Positions 31,519 through 39,956 of a stretch of DNA of 41,660 nucleotides are shown here, in pieces. The notes below the pieces were generated by a model that saw nothing but the letters and a program-made list of their open reading frames with translations, did not search any database and was not told the DNA's origin. This DNA comes from a virus (taxonomy: Duplodnaviria; Heunggongvirae; Uroviricota; Caudoviricetes): IMG/VR virus record IMGVR_UViG_2778261202_000006, positions 1-41,660 of that record; one strand, written 5' to 3'. A program made the translations under genes and the position numbers. The stretch's first letter is position 1; every line of letters starts with the position of its first letter.

Positions 31519-31563
31519 TTCCCGCATTTCGGCGGGAATGAGGACCATGACTGTTAAAGAGCA
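31519..31563 (-). promoter_or_regulatory. nutR (boxA plus boxB hairpin)
   Basis: Minus-sense boxA TGCTCTTTAACAG followed by boxB hairpin TTCCCGCCGAAATGCGGGAA between cro and cII. Confidence 0.7.
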
Positions 31564-31569
31564 ATTTGC

Positions 31570-31755
31570 TTATGCCGCTTTGCGGTAAGCGCTTTCTTGA
31601 TACTTCAGGGCGCCAGCTGTAACGACTTCCAGTCGATAGGCGTCTTTCTCTGGGATGACTTCCTTCCACTGAGAGACTGCTGCGTCGCTAATGCCTAACG
31701 CTTTAGCTACAGCACGCTGGGTTCCGAAGTGGTCGATAACATCTTTCTTGTACAT
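31570..31755 (-). CDS. cro: Cro repressor (P22-type)
   Basis: 61 aa MYKKDVIDHFGTQRAVAKALGISDAAVSQWKEVIPEKDAYRLE.. matches P22 Cro by recall. Confidence 0.9.
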   Translation of the reverse strand: MYKKDVIDHFGTQRAVAKALGISDAAVSQWKEVIPEKDAYRLEVVTAGALKYQESAYRKAA

Positions 31756-31769
31756 AGACTCGCTCCGAA

Positions 31770-31835
31770 ATTAAAGAACACTTAAATTATCCACTAAAGG
31801 AATCTTAAGTCAAGTTTATTTAAGATGTCTTAACT
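31770..31835. promoter_or_regulatory. OR operator region (three P22 c2-type 18-bp operators) with divergent promoters
   Basis: ATTAAAGAACACTTAAAT (31770-31787), ACTAAAGGAATCTTAAGT (31793-31810), ATTTAAGATGTCTTAACT (31818-31835), all fitting ANTNAAG-N4-CTTNANT. Confidence 0.75.
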
Positions 31836-32486
31836 ATGAAAACTCAATTGATGGGAGAGCGCATTCGCGCTCGGAGAAAAGAACTCAAGATCAGGCAGGC
31901 CGCACTTGGAAAGATGGTCGGCGTGTCTAATGTTGCCATATCTCAGTGGGAACGCTCTGAGACAGAGCCAAATGGAGAGAATCTTCTCGCCCTGGCTAAT
32001 GCGTTGAAGTGTTCCCCTGACTATCTGATGAAAGGAGAGGAAAGTCTTTCAAACATTGCCTATCACAGTAGGCATGATCCAAGAGGGTCATACCCTCTGA
32101 TTAGCTGGGTGAGCGCAGGATGCTGGATGGAAGCTGTAGAACCATATCATAAGCGTGCAATAGATAACTGGTACGATACAACCGTAGACTGTTCAGAAGA
32201 TTCGTTTTGGTTGGACGTGAAGGGAGACTCAATGACGGCTCCGGCCGGTCTCAGTATCCCTGAAGGAATGATAATACTCGTCGATCCTGAAGTAGAGCCG
32301 CGTAACGGGAAACTGGTAGTTGCAAAGCTCGAAGGAGAAAACGAGGCAACTTTCAAGAAGTTAGTTATTGATGCAGGCAGGAAGTTTCTAAAACCACTTA
32401 ACCCACAATATCCGATGATCGAGATCAACGGAAACTGCAAAATCATCGGCGTAGTTGTCGATGCAAAACTAGCAAACCTTCCATAA
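31836..32486 (+). CDS. c2: Prophage repressor C2 (CI-like, HTH plus S24 peptidase autocleavage domain)
   Basis: 216 aa; matches P22 c2 repressor by recall (..MGERIRARRKELKIRQAALGKMVGVSNVAISQWERSETEPNGENLLAL..); Ser/Lys dyad region GDSM..K. Confidence 0.95.
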   Translation: MKTQLMGERIRARRKELKIRQAALGKMVGVSNVAISQWERSETEPNGENLLALANALKCSPDYLMKGEESLSNIAYHSRHDPRGSYPLISWVSAGCWMEAVEPYHKRAIDNWYDTTVDCSEDSFWLDVKGDSMTAPAGLSIPEGMIILVDPEVEPRNGKLVVAKLEGENEATFKKLVIDAGRKFLKPLNPQYPMIEINGNCKIIGVVVDAKLANLP

Positions 32487-32510
32487 GGGGGCATTCGCCC
32501 CTTTTTTTTA
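32487..32510 (+). terminator. Intrinsic terminator after repressor gene
   Basis: GGGGC-ATTC-GCCCC hairpin followed by TTTTTTTT. Confidence 0.65.
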
Positions 32511-32529
32511 TTTCCTTTAAAAATCAAAG

Positions 32530-32610
32530 CCAAACTTAAGTTACGAAAGAAAATTTAAGTTTTCTTCAAAAATACTCTTGACCATTAATTAAAGAGATCT
32601 TAAATTTAAG
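32530..32610. promoter_or_regulatory. Probable OL operator/pL region
   Basis: ATTAAAGAGATCTTAAAT (32588-32605) fits the same operator consensus; further TTAAG half-site-like repeats upstream; lies before nutL and N. Confidence 0.5.
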
Positions 32611-32652
32611 CCATCAGCAGGACGCTGGTAGCCAAACGGAACAGATTGGCAG

Positions 32653-32693
32653 GCTCTTTAACATTGATGGGATTGTCCCGCCGAAATGCGGGA
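32653..32693 (+). promoter_or_regulatory. nutL (boxA plus boxB hairpin)
   Basis: boxA GCTCTTTAACA (32653-32663) and boxB hairpin TCCCGCCGAAATGCGGGA (32676-32693), same boxB as nutR. Confidence 0.7.
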
Positions 32694-32800
32694 ACCAAAG
32701 AGTAGTTGGCTTTGGGGTGACGTGAAGTGCAGCTGCACGACGGCAACCGGAAGATAAGCACCCGGCGCGTCACCGCCAAAGTCAATCATCGGAGGTCAAC

Positions 32801-33100
32801 ATGACAGTAGTCATTACATATCTGGCTGACGATAACGCCAGAAATCGCCGCAGAGCACGCAGACAGGATCAACGTGAACAGGAAATGCAAGAGCAGCGAC
32901 TGGCGCGAAAAATTGCGCTAAAGCTCTCTGGTTGCGTCAGAGCAGATAAAGCAGCATCACTCGGAAGCCTTCGCTGCAAGAAGGCAGAAGAAGTCGAGCG
33001 TAAACAGAACCGTATTTACTACCGGAAGCCACGGAGTGAAATGGGTGTGACTTGTGTTGGTCGCCAGAAAATAAAATTAGGCAGCAAACCACTTATTTGA
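32801..33100 (+). CDS. N: N-like transcription antiterminator (arginine-rich motif)
   Basis: 99 aa; N-terminal arginine-rich motif NARNRRRARRQDQRE; first gene after nutL; GGAGG SD. Confidence 0.65.
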   Translation: MTVVITYLADDNARNRRRARRQDQREQEMQEQRLARKIALKLSGCVRADKAASLGSLRCKKAEEVERKQNRIYYRKPRSEMGVTCVGRQKIKLGSKPLI

Positions 33101-33108
33101 GGTGAGAT

Positions 33109-33267
33109 ATGAACATGAATGTATCTTTAACAAAATCATTGCTTGCCAGTCGTGGATTAAAGATGAAACCAACAAAAAGTTATAAAAACGGCAGTCGATG
33201 CTACTCAGTTTCAGGATGGAGCGGAGAGTACACAATCAAAGGTATTTTGTGGCAGTTAGGATTTTGA
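33109..33267 (+). CDS. Possible small ORF (52 aa)
   Basis: ATG with GAGGTGAG SD directly after N; not in ORF track because under 60 aa. Confidence 0.3.
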   Translation: MNMNVSLTKSLLASRGLKMKPTKSYKNGSRCYSVSGWSGEYTIKGILWQLGF

Positions 33268-33300
33268 TGATTCTTTTGGCAGCAAGACACAGAGGTGAAT

Positions 33301-33435
33301 ATGAACGCAGTTGAGTTTACAAAATGGATGGCAGAGCAAGATATCACAGGAGCCGACGAAAAGGCTGTGTACTACATGGCTATGCTATGGATTCACAAAG
33401 CAAAAGAGGCTGCAAATGCTCTTGGAGGTGAGTGA
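33301..33435 (+). CDS. Possible small ORF (44 aa)
   Basis: ATG with AGAGGTGA SD; stop overlaps next start. Confidence 0.3.
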   Translation: MNAVEFTKWMAEQDITGADEKAVYYMAMLWIHKAKEAANALGGE

Positions 33436-33623
33436 TGAAAGTAAAAATAACTGCTTCTAATACCAGTTTTGTTAGTGTTGGTGATATTACAGAAGTAATA
33501 ACAAACCATGATGGAACACAAGTTATGTGGTCTGATTTCTGTAAAAGATATGAGCGAGTTAGTTGGTGTAAACTCGTATGGGGCGTCGAATACGAAGAAT
33601 TACCTGAAATGCATGACGAATAA
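33435..33623 (+). CDS. Hypothetical protein (62 aa)
   Basis: ATG 33435 preceded by GGAGGTGAG; ORF track starts 3 nt earlier at GTG. Confidence 0.4.
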   Translation: MKVKITASNTSFVSVGDITEVITNHDGTQVMWSDFCKRYERVSWCKLVWGVEYEELPEMHDE

Positions 33624-33628
33624 GCACT

Positions 33629-33656
33629 GTGTATTCATTCCAACGAGTGAATACAC
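33629..33656 (+). other. Perfect 9-bp inverted repeat (GTGTATTCA ... TGAATACAC) with 10-nt spacer, no T-tract
   Basis: Read directly; lies between small ORF stop and tL1-like terminator. Confidence 0.5.
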
Positions 33657-33716
33657 GGAGCAATGTCGCTCGTAACTAAACAGGAGCCGACTTGTTCTGA
33701 TTATTGGAAATCTTCT

Positions 33717-33745
33717 TTGCCCTCCGATGTGGGGGCAATTTTTTT
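33717..33745 (+). terminator. Intrinsic terminator (tL1-like) in early-left operon
   Basis: TTGCCC-tccgatgtg-GGGCAA hairpin followed by TTTTTTT. Confidence 0.65.
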
Positions 33746-33757
33746 GACGGAGGATAT

Positions 33758-34069
33758 ATGAAATTACGTGTCTGGCATATCCCGCAAGTACCTATGAAGC
33801 CGTTCATTGTAGAAGTGGCAAGTGTTGAAGAGGGTGTTCGCCTGATGGACGCACTGGCTGATTATGACGCCTTTCAGTATGACAACAACATCAAGCCTGA
33901 TTACTGCAATGCTAACGGCCTTGAGATGTGGGATGAGAGCCTTACCGATGAAGATTTATCAGATATGGGGCTTACTGATCGCTGGGTGGATTGGTATAGC
34001 GAATGCCAATGTTACGACGACCCACGTAAATATCTCGAAAGCCTGAAAGAAGAAACATCAGCCGCCTAA
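33758..34069 (+). CDS. Hypothetical strongly acidic early protein (103 aa)
   Basis: ATG 33758 with GGAGGA SD; D/E-rich C-terminal half (..EMWDESLTDEDLSDMGLTDRWVDWYSECQCYDDPRKYLESLKEE..); six-frame ORF begins upstream at 33704 across the terminator. Confidence 0.5.
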   Translation: MKLRVWHIPQVPMKPFIVEVASVEEGVRLMDALADYDAFQYDNNIKPDYCNANGLEMWDESLTDEDLSDMGLTDRWVDWYSECQCYDDPRKYLESLKEETSAA

Positions 34070-34144
34070 GCGCGGCTTTACCGCATACCAATAACGCTTC
34101 ACTCGAGGCGTTTTCGTTATGCAATCAAACAGAAGGAGCATCCT

Positions 34145-34315
34145 ATGCAACAGTTCGCTATTGCAGGGGCGGCATCGGTTCGCCCTTTCAACCCAATTTT
34201 ATCGGTGCAGCATTCACGAAAAAACATTTTAACCGGAGCAGACTTTAAACAACCAAGAATGAAAAGTTTGCTCGAAAAGCTTTGGGATATTTTGAAACAA
34301 CAAGGCCGTCCATGA
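34145..34315 (+). CDS. cIII: CIII-like protein (FtsH inhibitor family)
   Basis: 56 aa, MQQFAIAG....SLLEKLWDILKQQGRP pattern resembles lambda CIII; not in ORF track because under 60 aa. Confidence 0.55.
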   Translation: MQQFAIAGAASVRPFNPILSVQHSRKNILTGADFKQPRMKSLLEKLWDILKQQGRP

Positions 34316-34419
34316 GTTTTACAGATAACTGGTCAGACGAAGAATTCATTCGTCAGATGAAAGAAATGCTCAATCAGCACAAAGAACAGGAGAAAGATGA
34401 TGATTCTGACTCTGAATGA
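34312..34419 (+). CDS. Possible micro-ORF (35 aa)
   Basis: ATG overlaps cIII stop (ATGA); acidic C-terminus. Confidence 0.25.
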   Translation: MSFTDNWSDEEFIRQMKEMLNQHKEQEKDDDSDSE

Positions 34420-34708
34420 TAAGCGTGAAATATCGCAAATAATCGCAAATTTTACTGATGAAGATTACGAACGAATCAACAGTGAAGTTGATCGCCTCTG
34501 CAAACGTTGCGACCCAATAAGCGAAATGCTTCGCTCATATAAACCAGATGAACACACTAAGGACGCTATCGACTGGCTGGAAGATGATGACTGTAACTAT
34601 CAGGAAAAAGCCGCTGAATGGTTCTGGGATGCAATAACCGAAAGAGTTAAGGCTGAATATGCCTTCGCAATATTCAAACGCAGACATATTTATGGAGAAG
34701 CTGCATGA
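34397..34708 (+). CDS. Hypothetical protein (103 aa)
   Basis: ATG start, operon context immediately upstream of recT. Confidence 0.5.
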   Translation: MMILTLNDKREISQIIANFTDEDYERINSEVDRLCKRCDPISEMLRSYKPDEHTKDAIDWLEDDDCNYQEKAAEWFWDAITERVKAEYAFAIFKRRHIYGEAA

Positions 34709-35607
34709 GCAATATCGTTGAATTCGTTAAACAGCAAGAGCAGTTATTCTGCGGAGCATTGACTGAACAGACGGTGACATGGGCTAAGGAAAGCCAGTTT
34801 GCAATTCAGTATTTCCAGAAAAACGATTACCTGGCTAAAACAGCACTGGCAAATCCAACCAGCGCACAGAACGCCATCATCAATGTTGCGGCGATCGGCA
34901 TCACCTTAAACCCGGCCAGCAAACTGGCTTATCTGGTTCCTCGCGACGGCATGGTGTGCCTTGATATCAGTTACATGGGATTACTTCATCTTGCGCAATC
35001 GACAGGATCAATTAAGTGGGGGCAATGCAAACTGGTGTACTCAAACGACACCTATGAATCAAATGGCCTTGATTCAGCACCAACCCACAAATACAACGCA
35101 TTTGGTGAGCGAGGCCCTATTGTTGGAGGTTATTGCACGGTTAAAACAGCAGATGGTGACTACCTGACTGAAGAAATGAGTCTGGCAGAAATTAAAGCTG
35201 TGGAAGCAACGAGCAAGGCAAAGAATGGACCGTGGAAGACATTCTGGGAAGAGATGGCGCGTAAAACCATAGTTAAACGCGCCAGCAAATACTGGCCTAA
35301 AGCCCAGCGACTGGATAATGCCATTCACCTGCTTAACGAAGATGAAGGTATGCATCAGGAACCAGTTATGCCGCACAAATCAGAGGAAGATATCCGCGAA
35401 GATGAACGGAAACGCCAGCAGGAAATTATGGAAAAAGCACAACTTCTTTGTGATGAAATGGCTCAGGCAGAAAACATGGATGATTTGAAGCGATATTTTG
35501 CAGAAGCATATCGCCTGACATCTGGAATGAAATTGCAGCAGAACGTACAAGCCATTTACATAGAATGCAAAGCGAAACTTGAGGTTGCCAGTGAGCAAAC
35601 TATATGA
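34705..35607 (+). CDS. recT: RecT-family single-strand annealing recombinase
   Basis: 300 aa; ..AIINVAAIGITLNPASKLAYLVPRDG..GPWKTFWEEMARKTIVKRASKYWP.. typical of RecT family. Confidence 0.8.
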   Translation: MSNIVEFVKQQEQLFCGALTEQTVTWAKESQFAIQYFQKNDYLAKTALANPTSAQNAIINVAAIGITLNPASKLAYLVPRDGMVCLDISYMGLLHLAQSTGSIKWGQCKLVYSNDTYESNGLDSAPTHKYNAFGERGPIVGGYCTVKTADGDYLTEEMSLAEIKAVEATSKAKNGPWKTFWEEMARKTIVKRASKYWPKAQRLDNAIHLLNEDEGMHQEPVMPHKSEEDIREDERKRQQEIMEKAQLLCDEMAQAENMDDLKRYFAEAYRLTSGMKLQQNVQAIYIECKAKLEVASEQTI

Positions 35608-36073
35608 AATAGCCAATGAATACGCAAAATTGATGGATTCAGATTTAGAGCCAGAGATGATTGCTGACACAATAGAAGGAATGGAAGGAGAATTTACCGA
35701 TAAAATAGAGCAACTTCTCGCCATTATTAAAAATGAATCTGGTTATGCTGAACGCCTCAAGGACGAGGCAAAGTCACTGAATGAACGAGCCGCAGTAATT
35801 CAAAATAAGATTGACAGCATTATGGCGTATATAGCGTCATCGCTTGAAATGGTTGGCAAGAAAAAGATTCGAGCAGGTATTCACCAGGTAACAATCCGCA
35901 AACCGTCAGAAACTGTAGAAATCATCGACTCAAGCGCCCTTCCTCCTGAATACGTTGAGTTTGAAACGACAATTAAAGCCGACAAACTGGCAATCAAACA
36001 CCAACTAAAAGCAGGAATAAATATCCCCGGCGCTCAACTCAAAGTTGGGAAACCTTCACTTCTTATCAAATAA
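35591..36073 (+). CDS. Sipho_Gp157-like protein (commonly paired with RecT)
   Basis: Likely GTG start 35591 (GAGG upstream); ORF track starts at TTG 35579; N-terminal ..KLYEIANEYAKLMDSDLEPEMIADTIEGMEGEF.. resembles Gp157 family. Confidence 0.55.
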   Translation: MSKLYEIANEYAKLMDSDLEPEMIADTIEGMEGEFTDKIEQLLAIIKNESGYAERLKDEAKSLNERAAVIQNKIDSIMAYIASSLEMVGKKKIRAGIHQVTIRKPSETVEIIDSSALPPEYVEFETTIKADKLAIKHQLKAGINIPGAQLKVGKPSLLIK

Positions 36074-36084
36074 CGGTATCGACT

Positions 36085-36399
36085 ATGAAAAAGACTCCAT
36101 GGGAGAAATGGGAAGTCGATTTCTTGTGCGAAGTAGCGGCAACAATGCCAGTTGAAGTTATCGCTGAAAAACTGGAAAGGACTGAAAAAGCAGTAATGGC
36201 GAAAGCAACAAGGATTGGAGCTGACATTGTTAGCCGACTTCGTGGAAGACGCTGGACAAGAGCTGAAGTATCACTTTTCGGTAAGTTCTCCGCAGAAGAA
36301 ATAGCAATTGCAACCTGCCGCTCAATTTATTCAGTAAGGGCTATGCGATACAAGCTAAAAAAACTCGATGAAGAAAGAGCAGGCATACGAATAAATTAA
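36085..36399 (+). CDS. Hypothetical protein with two internal ~40-aa repeats (helix-turn-helix-like)
   Basis: Repeats PWEKWEVDFLCEVAATMPVEVIAEKLERTEKAVMAKATRIG and RRWTRAEVSLFGKFSAEEIAIATCRSIYSVRAMRYKLKKL. Confidence 0.5.
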   Translation: MKKTPWEKWEVDFLCEVAATMPVEVIAEKLERTEKAVMAKATRIGADIVSRLRGRRWTRAEVSLFGKFSAEEIAIATCRSIYSVRAMRYKLKKLDEERAGIRIN

Positions 36400-36415
36400 C
36401 ATGGAATAATTAACA

Positions 36416-36697
36416 ATGAAGCTAAACATCGACCTCGGAAAATACGTTATTACCGGAACCAAACACGATCTGATTCTTAGCGAAAGAGGAATTATCAAAG
36501 AAGGTGAGAATGCAGGGAAAGAAACACTAAGCCGTATCGGTTATTACAGCAAGTTTGAGCATCTGGTTAAAGAGTTATGCAACCGTGAAATTCTGTTATC
36601 TCAGGCGCGGACGCTACAGGATATTCAGCAGCATATCGAGACTTTAGGTGAGTCACTTAGCATGGCTATTGACCAGTTCGTGGAGAGTAAATCATGA
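36416..36697 (+). CDS. Hypothetical protein (93 aa)
   Basis: ATG start, operon context. Confidence 0.45.
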   Translation: MKLNIDLGKYVITGTKHDLILSERGIIKEGENAGKETLSRIGYYSKFEHLVKELCNREILLSQARTLQDIQQHIETLGESLSMAIDQFVESKS

Positions 36698-36858
36698 GAG
36701 GAATTGCATACAATCCCGGCATTCTTCCGGCAGAAATGATTATTCGCCAACGCGTAAAGCCAATGCCATCGAGAGAGGAATTGCTTAAAAGAAAGAGTTT
36801 CGGTTCTGTTAATGACAACAAATATCTGAATGCGATGTGGCGGAGTGGGAAGAAATGA
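36694..36858 (+). CDS. Possible small ORF (54 aa)
   Basis: ATG overlaps previous stop; stop overlaps next ATG. Confidence 0.3.
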   Translation: MRGIAYNPGILPAEMIIRQRVKPMPSREELLKRKSFGSVNDNKYLNAMWRSGKK

Positions 36859-37304
36859 AACAAATGTCACTAATTGAGATGGATGGATTTCTGAAAGGTA
36901 AATGCATCCCCCGAGATTTAAAGGTTAACGAAACAAACGCTGAATATCTGGTGCGTAAGTTCGGTGAACTTGAATCAAAACTAGAAACGGCGTTGCGGGA
37001 GTGTCGTTCTGCTGGAATCACGATTGATAACCTTGAGGCTAAATGCGCGAAGATGGCTGCTGAAAATACCTCGCTTAAGCAATCTGAGAAGGAATTTAAT
37101 GACTTTTGTCGTGAGGAGTTTAGCGAATGGGAAGATGATGTTACTGAAACCCCAGCCACCGATGCTTTCCTGGCTGAAGTACGGGCGCAGGGCGTGGAGA
37201 TGGCTATGGAGCATATGCAGTCGAGCGGTTCGTTAACATTTGGAGATTGCTACATATCACTTAACGAGTTCGCCGCAGAGCTTCGCAAAGGAGGTAACCA
37301 GTGA
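36855..37304 (+). CDS. Hypothetical coiled-coil acidic protein (149 aa)
   Basis: ATG 36855 with GGAG-type SD; ORF track begins at GTG 36837. Confidence 0.5.
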   Translation: MKQMSLIEMDGFLKGKCIPRDLKVNETNAEYLVRKFGELESKLETALRECRSAGITIDNLEAKCAKMAAENTSLKQSEKEFNDFCREEFSEWEDDVTETPATDAFLAEVRAQGVEMAMEHMQSSGSLTFGDCYISLNEFAAELRKGGNQ

Positions 37305-37600
37305 GTGTATATCTCATTGATAAACGCCGACGTGGGCAACAAATACCACCTGTAGGAATTCCGAATCACACATGGTTTTGCGTACTTGATATCGATGGCA
37401 TGGATAAGTTTGTTGACACTCGTCATTACTGCGATACCGCAACAGCTACTCCGGCGAAAGCAAAGAAAATGGCTGCTCTGATAGAAAACTGGACTCCACC
37501 TGATGGGTGGTGCAATGGGAATGATCGAGATTGGCATGAAAAAATGAAGGGCTATATCTGCGATTTCTTACGTAAATGCAACGGATTCAGGGTGATGTGA
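37301..37600 (+). CDS. Hypothetical protein (99 aa)
   Basis: GTG start overlapping previous stop. Confidence 0.45.
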   Translation: MSVYLIDKRRRGQQIPPVGIPNHTWFCVLDIDGMDKFVDTRHYCDTATATPAKAKKMAALIENWTPPDGWCNGNDRDWHEKMKGYICDFLRKCNGFRVM

Positions 37601-37601
37601 C

Positions 37602-38336
37602 ATGAACAAGATTGACTATCAGGCACTGCGTGAAAAGGCAGAGAAAGCAACGTGTGGCGTGTGGTCGCTCGAATATGGAGAGGAGAGATTTGATGCTGGT
37701 GATGCGCTAATTCATCGTGAAGTTGTTGGATATCTTCCCATTTGCAGAATTGAAGGAGCGCATCCTGAAAGCGGTTTCGATGAAGATTTCCAAATAGAAC
37801 AGCAGGCCAATGCTGAATTCATCGCCGCAGCCAATCCAGCTACCGTGCTGGCACTGCTGGATGAACGGGAAAGAAACCAGCAATACATCAAACTCCGCGA
37901 CCAAGAGAACGAGGATATTGCGCTTACTGTTGGGGGGCTGCGCGTTGAACTAGAAGGCAAAGACAGCAAAATAGCCAATCTTACCGCCGAACGCGATGCT
38001 CTTCGTGAAGGTGAGATGGGCGACGCTAGGCATAGCAACACACGGGCCGCAGCTGATATCTACTTCCAACTGGTCGAGGAGTGCGAAATTCCTGCTGGCG
38101 GTTCTCTGGTCGAGTACGTTGACGATATGCGCGAGAAGCTGGAAGCCGCAGAGAAGCGCATTGCTGAGCTGGAGTTGCGGGAGGTTGTGCTTCCGCAATG
38201 CTATAGCATGTTGCATCGCGTCGATTTTGACGAGCCTTACCACACTGAAATGGTTTACAGGCAGCATCAGGTTCTTGAGGCACTGCACAACGCTGGAATA
38301 AACGTCACCGAAGCAGGTAAAGGAGAGGCATCATGA
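37602..38336 (+). CDS. Ead/Ea22-like early protein
   Basis: 244 aa; N-terminus MNKIDYQALREKAEKAT and central coiled coil typical of Ea22-like prophage proteins. Confidence 0.55.
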   Translation: MNKIDYQALREKAEKATCGVWSLEYGEERFDAGDALIHREVVGYLPICRIEGAHPESGFDEDFQIEQQANAEFIAAANPATVLALLDERERNQQYIKLRDQENEDIALTVGGLRVELEGKDSKIANLTAERDALREGEMGDARHSNTRAAADIYFQLVEECEIPAGGSLVEYVDDMREKLEAAEKRIAELELREVVLPQCYSMLHRVDFDEPYHTEMVYRQHQVLEALHNAGINVTEAGKGEAS

Positions 38337-38839
38337 GCACTATCACAAGAGAATGGCTGCAGCAGGCTATCAACGATTATGAAAGCGTTCGTGATGAGCT
38401 TCCTTTCGGGCTTGATGATTACCAGGGGAATATCCTGGCTGCCCTGCGTATCGCACTGGCATCGCTGGAAGCAGAGCCGGTGGCGTGGAAGGTAACATTC
38501 ACGCAAATTGACCGTGAATATAACACGTTCACTGGTATGTATTCTGACAAAGCAGAAGTCGAACGGTGGGTGCGGCTGCATAAAGCATGTAATTTTCGGG
38601 CAGATATAACACCGCTTTATACCGCCAAGCCAGTGCCGGTAACTCCGGATGGTTGGATAAGCTGTAGTGAGCGAATGCCGGATAAGTTAATTCCGGTAAT
38701 GGTCATGTATGAAGACGGTGAGATGTGGTCTGCAATGTGGAATGGCAATCGCTGGGATGATGGCACCGAATATCCGGATCCGCACTCAGTTACGCACTGG
38801 CGTGAAATGCCAGCAGCACCGCAGCAGGAGGTGAAGTGA
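38333..38839 (+). CDS. DUF551-domain protein
   Basis: C-terminal GWISCSERMPDKLIPVMVMYEDGEMWSAMWNGNRWDDG..VTHWREMP typical of DUF551. Confidence 0.6.
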   Translation: MSTITREWLQQAINDYESVRDELPFGLDDYQGNILAALRIALASLEAEPVAWKVTFTQIDREYNTFTGMYSDKAEVERWVRLHKACNFRADITPLYTAKPVPVTPDGWISCSERMPDKLIPVMVMYEDGEMWSAMWNGNRWDDGTEYPDPHSVTHWREMPAAPQQEVK

Positions 38840-39117
38840 TGGACTCCTTCGCGAAATATACGATTATTGACTGGATAGCATTCCTTCAGGTTTTGCTCAT
38901 CTGGTTTTATATGGCTTACAGGAGTGGGCAGTGGATTGTCAGTGTAGCCTGTAGCAAGGGATGGCGTTGGTGGAACCGAAAGAATAAAAAAGCACTAGCC
39001 TTGGATTCGTTTTACGAAGCATTCAATCTTAACAGCCTTCAGCCTGGTTCTGTCGTTGTAGTCACCACTCAAAGCGGCATGACCATTCAGATTCATAAAC
39101 CAAAAGAGGAAAAATGA
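38836..39117 (+). CDS. Hypothetical protein with one predicted transmembrane segment
   Basis: Hydrophobic IIDWIAFLQVLLIWFYMAY near N-terminus. Confidence 0.45.
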   Translation: MMDSFAKYTIIDWIAFLQVLLIWFYMAYRSGQWIVSVACSKGWRWWNRKNKKALALDSFYEAFNLNSLQPGSVVVVTTQSGMTIQIHKPKEEK

Positions 39118-39262
39118 TGTGGCCTATATGTGTTAATTGCGGACGGATGTGCCTATCTGGATGGTGCCGAAAGTGCGACAAATGCACGAAGAACAGACAA
39201 TAACAATCCTCGCATTCGCGGGGATTTCTTTTATCTGAACTCGCTACGGCGAGTTTTGTTTT

Positions 39263-39574
39263 ATGGAGATGATTATGGCCTGTTCAACATTCAACCCTTT
39301 AACGTTACAGAAATACCAGCCAGACCCTGAAGATTTATGCTCACTGTGTGGCGGAAATCATGGCAAAGCCGCCATGATCGAATGTAAGGACAAAATCAAC
39401 ATATGCCTTAATTGCGTTGATGTCCTCGTTGATATCAAAAATGAGAGAGAAGATAAAAAGCGTAGCGAGGCTGTTCGCGCCTTAGATTCATGGATGCGAG
39501 ATGGGTATAGTGCCGCGCAAATTTATGACTTAGCAATATCAAAAGGCGAAATACCAGGAGTGCGTATCGAATAA
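39263..39574 (+). CDS. Hypothetical Cys-containing protein (103 aa)
   Basis: ATG start; CSLCGG..C..C..C pattern; last gene before xis. Confidence 0.45.
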   Translation: MEMIMACSTFNPLTLQKYQPDPEDLCSLCGGNHGKAAMIECKDKINICLNCVDVLVDIKNEREDKKRSEAVRALDSWMRDGYSAAQIYDLAISKGEIPGVRIE

Positions 39575-39682
39575 GACGTAACCAACATTCGAATTGAAGA
39601 ACTGAAAGAACACCAAGCCGACTGATGGCGGTTTTTTATTACCTGATTTGCAGGTTCGATTCCCTATTCGGAGATAGCACTC

Positions 39683-39883
39683 ATGCAACACGAACTACAG
39701 CCTGATTCCCTGGTTGATTTGAAATTCATCATGGCCGATACTGGCTTCGGTAAAACCTTCATCTATGACCGGATTAAGTCCGGAGACCTGCCTAAAGCCA
39801 AAGTTATCCACGGGCGAGCAAGATGGTTATATCGTGACCATTGTGAATTCAAAAATAAGCTCTTAAGCCGCGCCAATGGGTAA
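39683..39883 (+). CDS. torI: Excisionase / recombination directionality factor (TorI-like winged-helix Xis)
   Basis: 66 aa basic protein, ..LKFIMADTGFGKTFIYDRIKSGDLPKAKVIHGRARWLYR.. ; terminal gene adjacent to att core. Confidence 0.8.
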   Translation: MQHELQPDSLVDLKFIMADTGFGKTFIYDRIKSGDLPKAKVIHGRARWLYRDHCEFKNKLLSRANG

Positions 39884-39956
39884 AATAGCGGGTAAAATAT
39901 TTCTCACATCTAAAAAACATCATTCCAATCAATCCCCTGCCGCTTCAAGTAGATGT

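Noticed and set aside
39114-39203. 29-aa Cys-rich micro-ORF (MMWPICVNCGRMCLSGWCRKCDKCTKNRQ) and the overlapping track ORF 39130..39330
   Set aside because: Too short and without a recognisable SD to call confidently; the track ORF lacks start context and overlaps the better-supported 39263..39574 ORF.
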